This document shows positions 8,272 to 17,278 of a stretch of DNA of 62,053 nt, piece by piece. The stretch lies in NCBI GenBank assembly GCA_910583685.1, contig CAJTXY010000004.1:1-62053 (forward strand), read 5' to 3'. The notes under the pieces are model-generated. The model made no database searches. It saw nothing but the letters and a program-made list of their open reading frames with translations, and was not told the DNA's origin. Origin of the DNA: an uncultured Bacilli bacterium (lineage in GTDB: Bacteria > Bacillota_I > Bacilli_A > RF39 > UBA660). The position numbers and the translations under genes are program-made. The number at the start of each line of letters is the position of its first letter. Position 1 is the stretch's first letter.

Positions 8272-8304
8272 AAAAAAAAAGACCTAGAGCCTAAACTCTA
8301 AGTC
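8272..8304 (-). terminator. rho-independent terminator after the lysis cassette
   Basis: 11-bp stem (one G-U) followed by T8 on the minus strand, immediately after the endolysin stop. Confidence 0.75.
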
Positions 8305-9132
8305 TTATTTCTTTGTACAATATACTTGATTATTATCTTTAATACAGATATAGCCAGATGGACTTTCTGCCCAAATAGAATCATCTTCGTTGTTTATGAT
8401 TCGTTTTGCTGTAAATACGGTCCCCTGTTTATAAACAGCTTCATCATTCTCATTTGTACTAGTTGCATTCTTTTTCCCATTTTCTGAAAGTTGTGATACT
8501 TTCTTAGGAGCAAAATTAGTTCCTGCTCCGCTTCTTACCTTCATATTGTAGTTACATACATATAATGAACTTTCATTTACAGGTACATCTTTCAAATACT
8601 TCCAGGCCCAATTTCCTGATGTTAGGAATTTGGTATTATCTGCAAAGCAACATTTTTCAATTGGTTGCCCGTTTGGAAGATAATAACCTTTATTATTTTT
8701 AGCATACTTCCGTGTGAATGGACCTTTTGCGAATTCCATATGCAAGTGATTACCTATTCTGCCATAGCTTGTACCCATCTTATTGCCCTCAACGGCCATT
8801 TGACTACCCTGTGAGTATTCACGACCCACAACTACTCCATTCAAATCATTATCGTGTAATATCATAATCGTACAGTAATCAATAGTACCATCTGCAAAAC
8901 GTACTTTATTTTTAGACTGATACCATACTGCATTCCCATCACTTGGATTTGTTGCTTTGCAAATTGCAGTGAACGGAAAGTATGCTACGTCTCTACCTCC
9001 GTCTTTGCCAGCAAGGTCACAAGCATAATATGGATGATTCCCCTCGAAATCCCCTTGCGTGCATCGAAAATTCTCCATTGGAATAAGAATATCTTCTATT
9101 CCTCCGCGAACTGATTTTTGACCTTTATACAT
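8305..9132 (-). CDS. endolysin: LAS-type (M23/M15-like) zinc peptidase with a C-terminal SH3b-like domain
   Basis: NHPYYACD (Hx5D) and GNHLHMEF (HxH) motifs. C-terminal VRSGAGTNF...SIWAESPSGYI is SH3-like. Directly downstream of the holin. Confidence 0.8.
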   Translation of the reverse strand: MYKGQKSVRGGIEDILIPMENFRCTQGDFEGNHPYYACDLAGKDGGRDVAYFPFTAICKATNPSDGNAVWYQSKNKVRFADGTIDYCTIMILHDNDLNGVVVGREYSQGSQMAVEGNKMGTSYGRIGNHLHMEFAKGPFTRKYAKNNKGYYLPNGQPIEKCCFADNTKFLTSGNWAWKYLKDVPVNESSLYVCNYNMKVRSGAGTNFAPKKVSQLSENGKKNATSTNENDEAVYKQGTVFTAKRIINNEDDSIWAESPSGYICIKDNNQVYCTKK

Positions 9133-9133
9133 T

Positions 9134-9346
9134 TTATCTACTCTCCTTTAACAAATTCTTATTATAATTTTTATTACTAACATGTAACACGGCTCCTAAA
9201 AATGTATCGAGAGCCATTATAGTTGCACTAATTTCTGTCGCATATGGTATACCCCAGATATTCCCTAAAGTAACCATAAAAGCTGCAATGGCAGGTAATA
9301 CCGTTAATGCAGCTTCTTTTAAAATATCATAAGTTTTATTTTTCAT
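9134..9346 (-). CDS. holin (phi LC3-like, 2 TM)
   Basis: 70 aa with two hydrophobic helices and a charged C-terminus. Lies 1 nt upstream of the endolysin. Confidence 0.8.
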   Translation of the reverse strand: MKNKTYDILKEAALTVLPAIAAFMVTLGNIWGIPYATEISATIMALDTFLGAVLHVSNKNYNKNLLKESR

Positions 9347-9349
9347 TTT

Positions 9350-9703
9350 CTATTTCCTTTCTTTCAAAATTTCGATATTAGCAGATACATTCTGTATTAA
9401 CTTGTTAGATTCTCGAACTTCGTTCGCTAACTCACTAAAATGTTTTTCTAACTTGTATGAGTTATCTGTATAGTTCTTAATTGTAGAAGAATTAAATTTT
9501 ATAACTTCAGAGTTGTTACTGATCACTTGCGAGTTATTCTCTACAACTGCCTTAAATGAATCTAACATATAGTCTTTTTCTTCTATTCTTTTTATTTTTA
9601 CATCTAGATATTTAGGAATATATTTGAAACCTAAGTAAAGAACCACTAACATTAAAGCTGCATATATTCCTAAATCTTCTACAATCTTTGTAAATTGTTC
9701 CAT
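9350..9703 (-). CDS. membrane-anchored coiled-coil protein, BhlA/UviB-like holin-associated
   Basis: N-terminal TM (GIYAALMLVVLYLGF) followed by coiled coil. Sits upstream of the holin. Confidence 0.45.
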   Translation of the reverse strand: MEQFTKIVEDLGIYAALMLVVLYLGFKYIPKYLDVKIKRIEEKDYMLDSFKAVVENNSQVISNNSEVIKFNSSTIKNYTDNSYKLEKHFSELANEVRESNKLIQNVSANIEILKERK

Positions 9704-9835
9704 TTTTCCTCCTTTTATCGTCTAAGAATTTGGATTACAATTATCATCAACACAAGTAAAATAAATATTCACTTTTGGAGAATACATACCTCTTATCTAA
9801 TGTTCCTATATTAATAATTGTATTATCTATTCCTG

Positions 9836-10162
9836 TTACTTCCCTATTTTCAAAAATAATGCTGTACATTTTAATGTTGACGCTATTTGTTCATTATAAT
9901 AACTTTTAATATATGCAACTATGTTTTCGCCATACTTAGAATATGTTACTTGCCATTGATCTCCAATTCCATTTCCTACAGTAGTTATACCAAGAAAGAT
10001 ATAACCATTTGGAATCGTAAGTTTCCCCATTGTAACCCAAGTATTTCCATTACCATTAATGGTAATGGATTGTGAAAATTCTTGAATTTTAATTATATCT
10101 TCATATCTTGGAATTTTTGGATTTAAAATATTTCCATTTAAATCTTTTAAAACATTAGTCAT
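9836..10162 (-). CDS. tail-tip paralogue 3 (108 aa)
   Basis: N-terminus MTNVLKDLNGNILNPKIPRYE is shared with 10206..10601 and 10633..11079. No Shine-Dalgarno. Confidence 0.6.
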   Translation of the reverse strand: MTNVLKDLNGNILNPKIPRYEDIIKIQEFSQSITINGNGNTWVTMGKLTIPNGYIFLGITTVGNGIGDQWQVTYSKYGENIVAYIKSYYNEQIASTLKCTALFLKIGK

Positions 10163-10205
10163 AATTGTGGCTTAGATATGCCTCTCTCTATCTTTTCATA
10201 CTATA

Positions 10206-10601
10206 CTACTTATATTGTGTAATTTTAAATTCTGCACTTACGGTTACATTATTAATATCTACACTAGACCTATTATGAAAATTTAATTGTAATTTTTTAC
10301 GTTTAGAACAATATCCTGCGCAAACCATAATTACACCGTCAGAGGTTACGCAAGAAGTTGTTAAAATATTGTCACCTAACTCTAACATTCCCTCTGGGAG
10401 TTCAGTAACACCAGTGTTAAGGCCCCAAAAGTTGGCACTAAAATTCGATACATATGATAGTTTCTTGATATATTCTTTGTGTGTCGTATATTCATATATA
10501 ATCCAACCGTTTTTATCTGTACTTTTTTTTGCTTTTTCATATCTTGGTATTTTTGTATTAATGATTTCTCCATTATTATTTTTCAAAACTATATTACTCA
10601 T
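10206..10601 (-). CDS. tail-tip paralogue 2 (131 aa)
   Basis: N-terminus MSNIVLKNNNGEIINTKIPRYE is shared with its neighbours. No Shine-Dalgarno. Confidence 0.6.
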   Translation of the reverse strand: MSNIVLKNNNGEIINTKIPRYEKAKKSTDKNGWIIYEYTTHKEYIKKLSYVSNFSANFWGLNTGVTELPEGMLELGDNILTTSCVTSDGVIMVCAGYCSKRKKLQLNFHNRSSVDINNVTVSAEFKITQYK

Positions 10602-10632
10602 ATTTTTAGTTTTTCAACTAGTATTATGAATA

Positions 10633-11079
10633 TTAATTTGATACTTTTTGCCAAATGAAACAAGTGAAATATGGAGGCATATTGTTGTGTGCCTCATTTC
10701 CTCCATTTAAGTTAATTGCTTTTTCTCCTAACCAAGCATTTTGACAATATTGATTTTGACTATTAGCTTGTGCAACATTTCCAGAATGCCCACCGGCCCA
10801 AGCAACTCCCAATGAAGCAATATTGTAATTAGGCAACTCTTGTTTTGTTAATTTATGAGCCTTTTCTCCACCTGTTTTTTCAGCGGTTGAAAAGTCGGCA
10901 TCATCCGAATCTACTCCAACTAACGTTTTTCCTTTCGCAATTAATTGCCAAGTTCCACCAAATCTTTGACTTGGATTTTCTGTATTAGTTGTAAGAAATA
11001 AGTCTCCAACTTTATAATCGTATCTTGGAATATGAGGATTGAGAATATTTCCCAAAACATCTTTCAATATATTATTCAT
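10633..11079 (-). CDS. tail fibre/baseplate protein with tail-collar-like domain (paralogue 1)
   Basis: MNNILKDVLGNILNPHIPRYD anchor. FGGTWQ...TGGEKAHKLTKQELP...HNNMPPY matches the phage tail-collar signature. GAGGTG Shine-Dalgarno. Confidence 0.7.
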   Translation of the reverse strand: MNNILKDVLGNILNPHIPRYDYKVGDLFLTTNTENPSQRFGGTWQLIAKGKTLVGVDSDDADFSTAEKTGGEKAHKLTKQELPNYNIASLGVAWAGGHSGNVAQANSQNQYCQNAWLGEKAINLNGGNEAHNNMPPYFTCFIWQKVSN

Positions 11080-11115
11080 AATACACCTCGGAAAAAGAAG
11101 AGAGAGATTTATATT

Positions 11116-11193
11116 TTAGCCTCTCCCTCCTTTCAAGGAAGCTAGTTGATAAAACTGCCCCCCCCCGATTTTACATTCAGTTAATTTTTTCAT
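11116..11193 (-). CDS. 25-aa ORF containing a G9 tract (MKKLTECKIGGGQFYQLASLKGGRG)
   Basis: AAGGAGG lies 9 nt before the ATG, directly after the stop of 11210..11884. The homopolymer encodes GGG. Confidence 0.35.
   Translation of the reverse strand: MKKLTECKIGGGQFYQLASLKGGRG
11158..11166. repeat. homopolymeric C9 (G9 on the coding strand)
   Basis: Counted directly: 3 C at 11158-11160 plus 6 C at 11161-11166. An outlier in this AT-rich sequence. Confidence 0.95.
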
Positions 11194-11209
11194 TTTATTT
11201 TTCCTCCTT

Positions 11210-11884
11210 TTAATTAGAATTCATTATCGCTTGTTGTAATTCTTCGTCTGTACACGTTCCTAAATAGACCGTTTTTGATTTCAAAATATCAAGTTCCAAC
11301 TTCAAATTGCCAGCTGCGTCTTCAGACAAAGAATTTTTAATACTTTCAAACCATATACTAAACATAGTCTCATACTGTAAGAATATATCAGTAGTATCTA
11401 TATGTTGGACTGTTGAAACTACATTACCGCAATCGTAAGAATTTAATCTTGTATCAACTATTAAATCTTGAGTGATTTTTGTTGTACCTGCTGGAATATT
11501 AATTTTTGCTATTCTTAAATCATAGATTGTAGAATTTCTTACTAAATTAGGCGCGGTCGGGTTATCGCTAAATGTTCCTTTGATTATTTGAGCTGATATT
11601 AACCTGTTCGTTAAATCTAATCTTATAACAACATTATCAATACGTTTTAAAGCTCCGTCTGCTGTATCTATTGTTTTATTTAGATCTCCAGTATTTGTAT
11701 AACGGTAACCTTCAATATTGGCGTCGCCTTCTTTAATAGTTATTGTCATATCATTATTGGCTATAACTTGTAACTCATTATTAAAGATACCATTAGTAAA
11801 ATACTTCGCCAGATGTCTAGCGAAGTCTTCCGCAAAATAGACTCTGTCGTCGTCTATGTCATTAAAAAAACTAAATTTTTCCAT
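11210..11884 (-). CDS. tail/baseplate structural protein (putative fibre shaft)
   Basis: Position between the Tal-like gene and the fibres. N-terminal FNDIDDDRVYFAEDF...NIEGYRY is typical of prophage minor structural proteins. Confidence 0.55.
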   Translation of the reverse strand: MEKFSFFNDIDDDRVYFAEDFARHLAKYFTNGIFNNELQVIANNDMTITIKEGDANIEGYRYTNTGDLNKTIDTADGALKRIDNVVIRLDLTNRLISAQIIKGTFSDNPTAPNLVRNSTIYDLRIAKINIPAGTTKITQDLIVDTRLNSYDCGNVVSTVQHIDTTDIFLQYETMFSIWFESIKNSLSEDAAGNLKLELDILKSKTVYLGTCTDEELQQAIMNSN

Positions 11885-11901
11885 AACTCTTATTTCCCTC
11901 C

Positions 11902-12954
11902 TTAATCATTATTAAAAGTTTCTGCTATAGGATTACCATAAGTAGGTATTACATTATGTTTACCTTTTTCGATAACTTCTTCAACTTCGGTTATTCGTTG
12001 TTTCTTAATCATACTCCAGCTTTCTTTTTTTATATTTACAATATCGCCCAAGTCCCAATATTTTCTATAATCGGTAGAGTGTACTGTAGCTTCGAAAGTT
12101 TCTGTAGGATCTGTTAACTTTTCTTTTCCTAAATCGTCCAAGATAGCGTTATATTCAGCTGCTGATAGATCTTTGTTACTTTCGTTTTTAGCGTCTACAA
12201 AAGCCTCTCTAATATCGAAGTCGTGGGTATCTGCTGTAACATTAGAAACAGTCCTCATAATTCTGTTTGTATCTTCGCCAGTTCCACCGACTAATACATC
12301 AGTAATCATGTTTTTTCTGCTATAAGTGTGTTCTGTAGTATCTAAGTTTGATTTATCTTCGCTAAATTCATACCTAGTATTTATTTTTTGATCTTCTGTT
12401 CTATCTTTTCCAACATAATTAACATATTTATAACGTTTATTCTCTAAGTCTAAAACAATCTTACCACCGATATTAGACGCTTTAGATAACTTCTCGTGAT
12501 ATGTATATATATTTTTATAAGTACATTGAAAATCAACTTTACCACTAACAATATCACTATCTGTAATATCTAGTTTCTTAAAAGGACGCATAGAAGTAAG
12601 TAATTTCCTAAAACCCCCGATATACGTTCCTCTATAATTGATACGATTTTTTATGATCCTTCTATTTAATAAAAATAAACCAAACCTACCATATACAGTA
12701 ATAGTAACTTTTTCCTTATCTTCTTTAAACTTCCAGGAGTCAATAATACCAAACTCATCATTTTCTTTTAAATCACTTCTAACAATAATGTTATCAGCCT
12801 TTAAGAGTCTATAATTATTAGCTGTAGGGTTTATATTTAACTCAAACTCGCCAGCCTCGAAGTATTTACGACGCCAACGTAAAGAGCTATAGCTGTCTAT
12901 AACTCCTAAAAAGTTTAAATCACGATCATACACATTTAAAAATATAGCTTTCAT
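11902..12954 (-). CDS. tail-associated (Tal / Gp37-like) baseplate protein
   Basis: Follows Dit with an overlapping stop/start. The N-terminus (VYDRDLNFLGVIDSYSSLRWRRKYFEAGEFEL) is typical of siphovirus Gp37-like proteins. Confidence 0.65.
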   Translation of the reverse strand: MKAIFLNVYDRDLNFLGVIDSYSSLRWRRKYFEAGEFELNINPTANNYRLLKADNIIVRSDLKENDEFGIIDSWKFKEDKEKVTITVYGRFGLFLLNRRIIKNRINYRGTYIGGFRKLLTSMRPFKKLDITDSDIVSGKVDFQCTYKNIYTYHEKLSKASNIGGKIVLDLENKRYKYVNYVGKDRTEDQKINTRYEFSEDKSNLDTTEHTYSRKNMITDVLVGGTGEDTNRIMRTVSNVTADTHDFDIREAFVDAKNESNKDLSAAEYNAILDDLGKEKLTDPTETFEATVHSTDYRKYWDLGDIVNIKKESWSMIKKQRITEVEEVIEKGKHNVIPTYGNPIAETFNND

Positions 12955-13835
12955 TATACCGCCTCATATTCTGGTAAAAATTCAATAGTAGTTTCTAAAT
13001 TTTCCTCGCCACTATCAGCTCCAGATCTAAACGTATTAGTTCCGCTAGGTATCTGTAAATATTTGCTACCATACATCATTAAATAATTGATGTTTTCTTC
13101 TTCACTAGTTAAAGCATTTATAAACATTACATTTTTATTATCAATATGAGTAGTTATAACGATTTTGTCTCCTACAGACATTGTCTTTTCTATATGTATT
13201 ATCTCTCGTGTATTTACATTAAATAAATATGGGTTAACGACTATATCATTTGCTTTAAAAGTTATTGTCATACCATAATCAATTTCAGTAGTATTTTGTG
13301 TTGTTCCCATAGAAGTAGTATTTTTAGTTCCAAACTTAATACCTGTACTTTGTGGGATCTTTAACGCAAACTTAAACGCTGGCGTCCATGTAGCCATAGA
13401 TAATATTGTAGCAGCTAAAGCTGAAAAACGAGGGTTAGGACAAACGAGAGAAATAGAAAAATCTCTTGTATATGTTCCTTTTTCTGGTATTATTACTTTT
13501 TCAACTACACAAGTGATTTTTCTTTCGATATTACCTTCATAGTAATAAAGAGTACCTTCGCTATTTCTAGGAAACATATCGAATAATAATAGTCTATTTT
13601 CTTGTACGTTTTCTGTAATAGTTCCTTTTATTGTAAGCTCTCGCTCTCCAATACTTGTACCGTTCCATTTTGTACCAACGCCATAGGCTGAACTGATAGT
13701 ATTTACAGTTCCAACAACTTCGTGAAAGCCGTCGCAGATACCTAGAAGAAAAGGCGGTTTATATGTAAAAGTAATCATATCGCCTTTATGATTTTTATAT
13801 ATTAAAGTTCTTTCCATATAATCACGCCTTTCCAT
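12954..13835 (-). CDS. distal tail protein (Dit)
   Basis: Immediately downstream of the tape measure gene. Size and position are typical. Confidence 0.7.
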   Translation of the reverse strand: MERRDYMERTLIYKNHKGDMITFTYKPPFLLGICDGFHEVVGTVNTISSAYGVGTKWNGTSIGERELTIKGTITENVQENRLLLFDMFPRNSEGTLYYYEGNIERKITCVVEKVIIPEKGTYTRDFSISLVCPNPRFSALAATILSMATWTPAFKFALKIPQSTGIKFGTKNTTSMGTTQNTTEIDYGMTITFKANDIVVNPYLFNVNTREIIHIEKTMSVGDKIVITTHIDNKNVMFINALTSEEENINYLMMYGSKYLQIPSGTNTFRSGADSGEENLETTIEFLPEYEAV

Positions 13836-15984
13836 GTACTAGATTTAACTCTTGAATAGCTTTACGAGTTTGTCGAGCTGTTTCTGCTGGAGACAAAGGC
13901 TCTGTTGAGTTAATTGTTATGTTCCAATTATTAGTAGTTTCGTTATTAGTAACGGCTGATGTTATTTCTTGATATTCTTTAGCTTCGTCAGCAGTTAATA
14001 CACGTTCGCCCTTATGTAGTAAGGCTGGCATATCGTCGTATGGCACATATTCCATACCAACACGTAGCTTTTTAAGTAGTGGAATATTTAAACCTTTTCC
14101 TCCGACGCCAGGTACCCAGTCTGGGATCTTCAATTTATTAAGTCCCTTAATAAATGCGTTCATACCGTCAATGATAAGGTTAATCGGAAATTTAAAGATA
14201 TTTGAAATTCCAGAAATAATATTACTAAAAATATTTTTGACATTTTCCCAAGCACCTCGCCAATTCCCAGTAAAGACATTTTTTATAAAGTCGATTATAC
14301 TCATAAAAATATTTTTAACAACTTGAACTTGTGAGGTAATATAGCTTAGGGCATTTCCGAAGACGCTACCTATAATATTAGCTGCATACGTAAACTGAGA
14401 CGAAAGCATAGGTATAATAGTCTGTATAATAATGTTTAGTAATGACATCAAAGGCGGTAAAATTACATTAAGTAATTGAGTCAATGGCTGTAAAATTAAC
14501 ATCAATAAGTCGATAAATGGTTGTAATAGAGATAAGATAGGTTGTAATAAAGGTAAAAGTGGTTGTATCAAACTAAGTAATAAAGGTAGGATCATTTCTA
14601 CAATCTGTAGTATAGGTGGAAGTAACATCTGTATCAATTCTACAAAAACTGGGAGCAGCGCTTGTACGATTTCCATAATCGGAGGTAACAAAGTCGTAAG
14701 TAAACTTATAAATATAGGTAGAAGTTGCTCCGTCAGAGTTGCGATCATTGGTAAAGCCGTCTCTATAAAAGTCTGTATTGGTGGAATAAGAGCTGTAAAT
14801 AATTGGGTAATAACTGGGGTTAATTGGTTAATCAAACCCTCGATTAAAGGCATATTATTTAAGACCAAATTCATAATAGAAAGAATAAGAGGCATTAGGG
14901 CATTACCTAAAGGAAGTAAGAGCATTTCTACATTACGCTTTAAGCCCTCGAACATACTACCTATATCGTCATATTTTACCTCTTTAATTTTATTAATAGA
15001 GTCAGCTGTTCCGTCGTACATATCTCTTATAGATCCTAACTGTGTAACGACTTCTGGTCCTAGATCTTCCCACATAGTACCGAATAAGTCAACACCTACA
15101 ATAGACTGTTGTACTGGATCGTCCATAGCTTTAATAGCGTCAATAGTTTCATAAAAGGCTTTCTTAGCAGTATCTCCTCCAGCTGCGAACTTTTTAGCCA
15201 TTTCGTCTGAGTTAAGACCTAACTTTGTAAAACCTTCAATAGTAGTATTAGAGCCGTCTATTGCTCTAATAGAAAACTCCTTAACAGCATCGCCAATCTT
15301 GTCTAAATTCCAAGCTCCAGCGTCAGAGCCACTTTGAAAGATATTAAACATATCTTCCGCTGATAAGCCTAACTTTCCAAATTGTACAGAATATTCGTTA
15401 ATATTATCTACTAGCTCGCCTGAGAAGTCGAGGCCGTTCTGCACGCCCTGAGCCATTAAGTTATAAGCCTCGGCTGCTGATATTCCAAATTGAGTAATCA
15501 AAGCCTTAGAGGCTCGAATAGACTCATTAACTTCGACACCGAAAGTATCACGCAGAGCTAAAGCGTTCTCTGTTACAGCTTTTATTTGTGAAGGATCAAA
15601 CTCGTATAATTCTTGTGAAGCTAAAGCCATAGAGTTGGCTATATCTTCGAAGCTTTCGCCATAATTACCTTTGTATATATCTTCGAGAGCTTTTTTCCAC
15701 TCCACAGACTCATTTTTAGCAATTCCTGTTTGTGCTATAAACGAGTTCATAGCTTGATCCATATTCTTTTGAGAATTAATCGCTAAACCACCTATAGCAG
15801 TAGCAACAGTAGCAAGAGTTCCGCCTAAAACAAGAGCACCTTTTCCTACTTTAGAAAAGACACCTCCAAGTTTAGAAGCGAAACTTTCGCCTTTTTTAGT
15901 AGTACCGTCTAAAGCCTTATTAGCTTTTTCATTATCAATAAATATAGATCCATATAAACTAAATATACTAGCCAAGTTTAACAC
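13822..15984 (-). CDS. tape measure protein (TP901-family core)
   Basis: 720 aa. Has a central hydrophobic LLPP-type repeat region and conserved QFGISAAEAYNLMAQGVQNG...YSVQFGKLGL. Confidence 0.9.
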   Translation of the reverse strand: MLNLASIFSLYGSIFIDNEKANKALDGTTKKGESFASKLGGVFSKVGKGALVLGGTLATVATAIGGLAINSQKNMDQAMNSFIAQTGIAKNESVEWKKALEDIYKGNYGESFEDIANSMALASQELYEFDPSQIKAVTENALALRDTFGVEVNESIRASKALITQFGISAAEAYNLMAQGVQNGLDFSGELVDNINEYSVQFGKLGLSAEDMFNIFQSGSDAGAWNLDKIGDAVKEFSIRAIDGSNTTIEGFTKLGLNSDEMAKKFAAGGDTAKKAFYETIDAIKAMDDPVQQSIVGVDLFGTMWEDLGPEVVTQLGSIRDMYDGTADSINKIKEVKYDDIGSMFEGLKRNVEMLLLPLGNALMPLILSIMNLVLNNMPLIEGLINQLTPVITQLFTALIPPIQTFIETALPMIATLTEQLLPIFISLLTTLLPPIMEIVQALLPVFVELIQMLLPPILQIVEMILPLLLSLIQPLLPLLQPILSLLQPFIDLLMLILQPLTQLLNVILPPLMSLLNIIIQTIIPMLSSQFTYAANIIGSVFGNALSYITSQVQVVKNIFMSIIDFIKNVFTGNWRGAWENVKNIFSNIISGISNIFKFPINLIIDGMNAFIKGLNKLKIPDWVPGVGGKGLNIPLLKKLRVGMEYVPYDDMPALLHKGERVLTADEAKEYQEITSAVTNNETTNNWNITINSTEPLSPAETARQTRKAIQELNLVHGKA

Positions 15985-16258
15985 CTCCTAAACCGTAATC
16001 TTTCATAATTTCTTCTGCGCTTCGCATTTTCTTTTTAGGTTTATGTTCTAACTGTGGAACAAAAGAGCTTTTATTAGATAGCTTTTTAACAATTTCGTTA
16101 ATAAGCTTAGGTAATTCGGTCTCTTTTTTAACCGCATTATCTAAACATTGACCTAACAAAAAAGACGGCTTTCCTTCAAACCAGTCTAAGCTGCCATAAT
16201 GCTTATATAATATTCGTAAGACCTCCGCAGTACCGATACTTACGCTATAGATAAAAAA
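15968..16258 (-). CDS. tail assembly chaperone -1 frame extension (gpT-like part of the G-T fusion)
   Basis: The -1 frame is open from the slippery site at 16252..16258 through to 15968 (checked codon by codon). Its end overlaps the tape measure start. Confidence 0.7.
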   Translation of the reverse strand, partial: FFIYSVSIGTAEVLRILYKHYGSLDWFEGKPSFLLGQCLDNAVKKETELPKLINEIVKKLSNKSSFVPQLEHKPKKKMRSAEEIMKDYGLGGVKLG

Positions 16259-16665
16259 TCAGATAAACCAGGAAGTTTAGATACTTCTTTTAAAATAGCG
16301 ATTACATCTTCATTTTTAGCTTTTTTAATAGCTTCTTTACAAGCAAGTTCATATTTATTAGTTTTGTCTTTCTTTATTTCTTCTGTATCTTCGCTATTAA
16401 ATTCTAATTCTTCTGGGTAATAACCTTTATAAGTAGCAATAAACTTATAAACTTCTGTTTTACATTTATAAATACGTGTAACTAATAAAGCTATAAGTTG
16501 CTTTCCTAGTTCTTCTTGATCTTTCTTTTTGTCGCCAGTGTTTACTTCTAAAGATTTTAGTTCTTCTGTGATTTCCATTTTATCTAAGATTTCACTTAAC
16601 ATTAGTAAATATTCTGTTTTCATAATTTCCTTCTTTCTATTATTCTCCCTTTTGTTATCGCTCAA
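16240..16665 (-). CDS. tail assembly chaperone (gpG-like)
   Basis: Acidic 141-aa protein between the major tail and tape measure genes. Confidence 0.75.
   Translation of the reverse strand: MSDNKRENNRKKEIMKTEYLLMLSEILDKMEITEELKSLEVNTGDKKKDQEELGKQLIALLVTRIYKCKTEVYKFIATYKGYYPEELEFNSEDTEEIKKDKTNKYELACKEAIKKAKNEDVIAILKEVSKLPGLSDFLSIA
16252..16258 (-). promoter_or_regulatory. programmed -1 ribosomal frameshift slippery heptamer T TTT TTA
   Basis: GAT TTT TTA lies 4 codons before the stop of 16240..16665. This is the canonical X XXY YYZ pattern at the conserved G/GT position. Confidence 0.7.
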
Positions 16666-16697
16666 ATAGAAAACAAAAAGGAGAATAAATTTATTTT

Positions 16698-17264
16698 TTA
16701 TTCTCCAGTTTGACCTACTGTAATAGGGCAGGTTTCGCTATCTTTAATAGCATATAACTTACTACTATCGTCAATAGTATAATGAGGTATAATTTCAAGA
16801 TTATGTTCGTTTTCAGCTTTAGGAGCTGCTTTATAAGTAAACGCTCCTTCGTGTAAGCCATAATTAAATGTTAATATCTTATAAGTACCGTCTAACATTT
16901 GTGTAATGATGTCGATAGTTTTAAGATATTTTTCTTTACTAATTACACCGAAGTTTCCTTGTGTAATTACTTTAGTAGTAGGATCCATTACAGAGTTAGG
17001 TAAACCTTTCTGTAATAGTTCTTGACTACAACATAGAGAAACAACTTTAATAGTTGCGTCCTCTCCGTCGATAACTTGCATACCAGCAGTTTTACCACGG
17101 CGACCGTCAAACTCAATGTCTCTAATTTCTGGAGTTATAGTCATTTCAGCACCACCACGAGTAGGTCCTACGATCATCTCGTTTTCTTGACCTAAGTTAA
17201 AAACGACAATACCTTCGTCTATTTGAATTTTCTTGACGTCATTTTCAGTAAATACTCTTAACAT
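16698..17264 (-). CDS. major tail protein
   Basis: 188 aa, at the canonical position upstream of the chaperones. Confidence 0.75.
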   Translation of the reverse strand: MLRVFTENDVKKIQIDEGIVVFNLGQENEMIVGPTRGGAEMTITPEIRDIEFDGRRGKTAGMQVIDGEDATIKVVSLCCSQELLQKGLPNSVMDPTTKVITQGNFGVISKEKYLKTIDIITQMLDGTYKILTFNYGLHEGAFTYKAAPKAENEHNLEIIPHYTIDDSSKLYAIKDSETCPITVGQTGE

Positions 17265-17278
17265 TAGTTTTCCCTCCT

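Noticed and set aside
9836-13835. Diversity-generating retroelement or shufflon acting on the tail-tip genes
   Set aside because: I found no reverse transcriptase, no template/variable repeat pair, and no invertase or inverted repeats in or near the tail module.
14400-14900. Repetitive DNA within the tape measure gene
   Set aside because: It encodes the hydrophobic LLPP(I/L)-type helical repeats typical of tape measure proteins. It is not an independent element.
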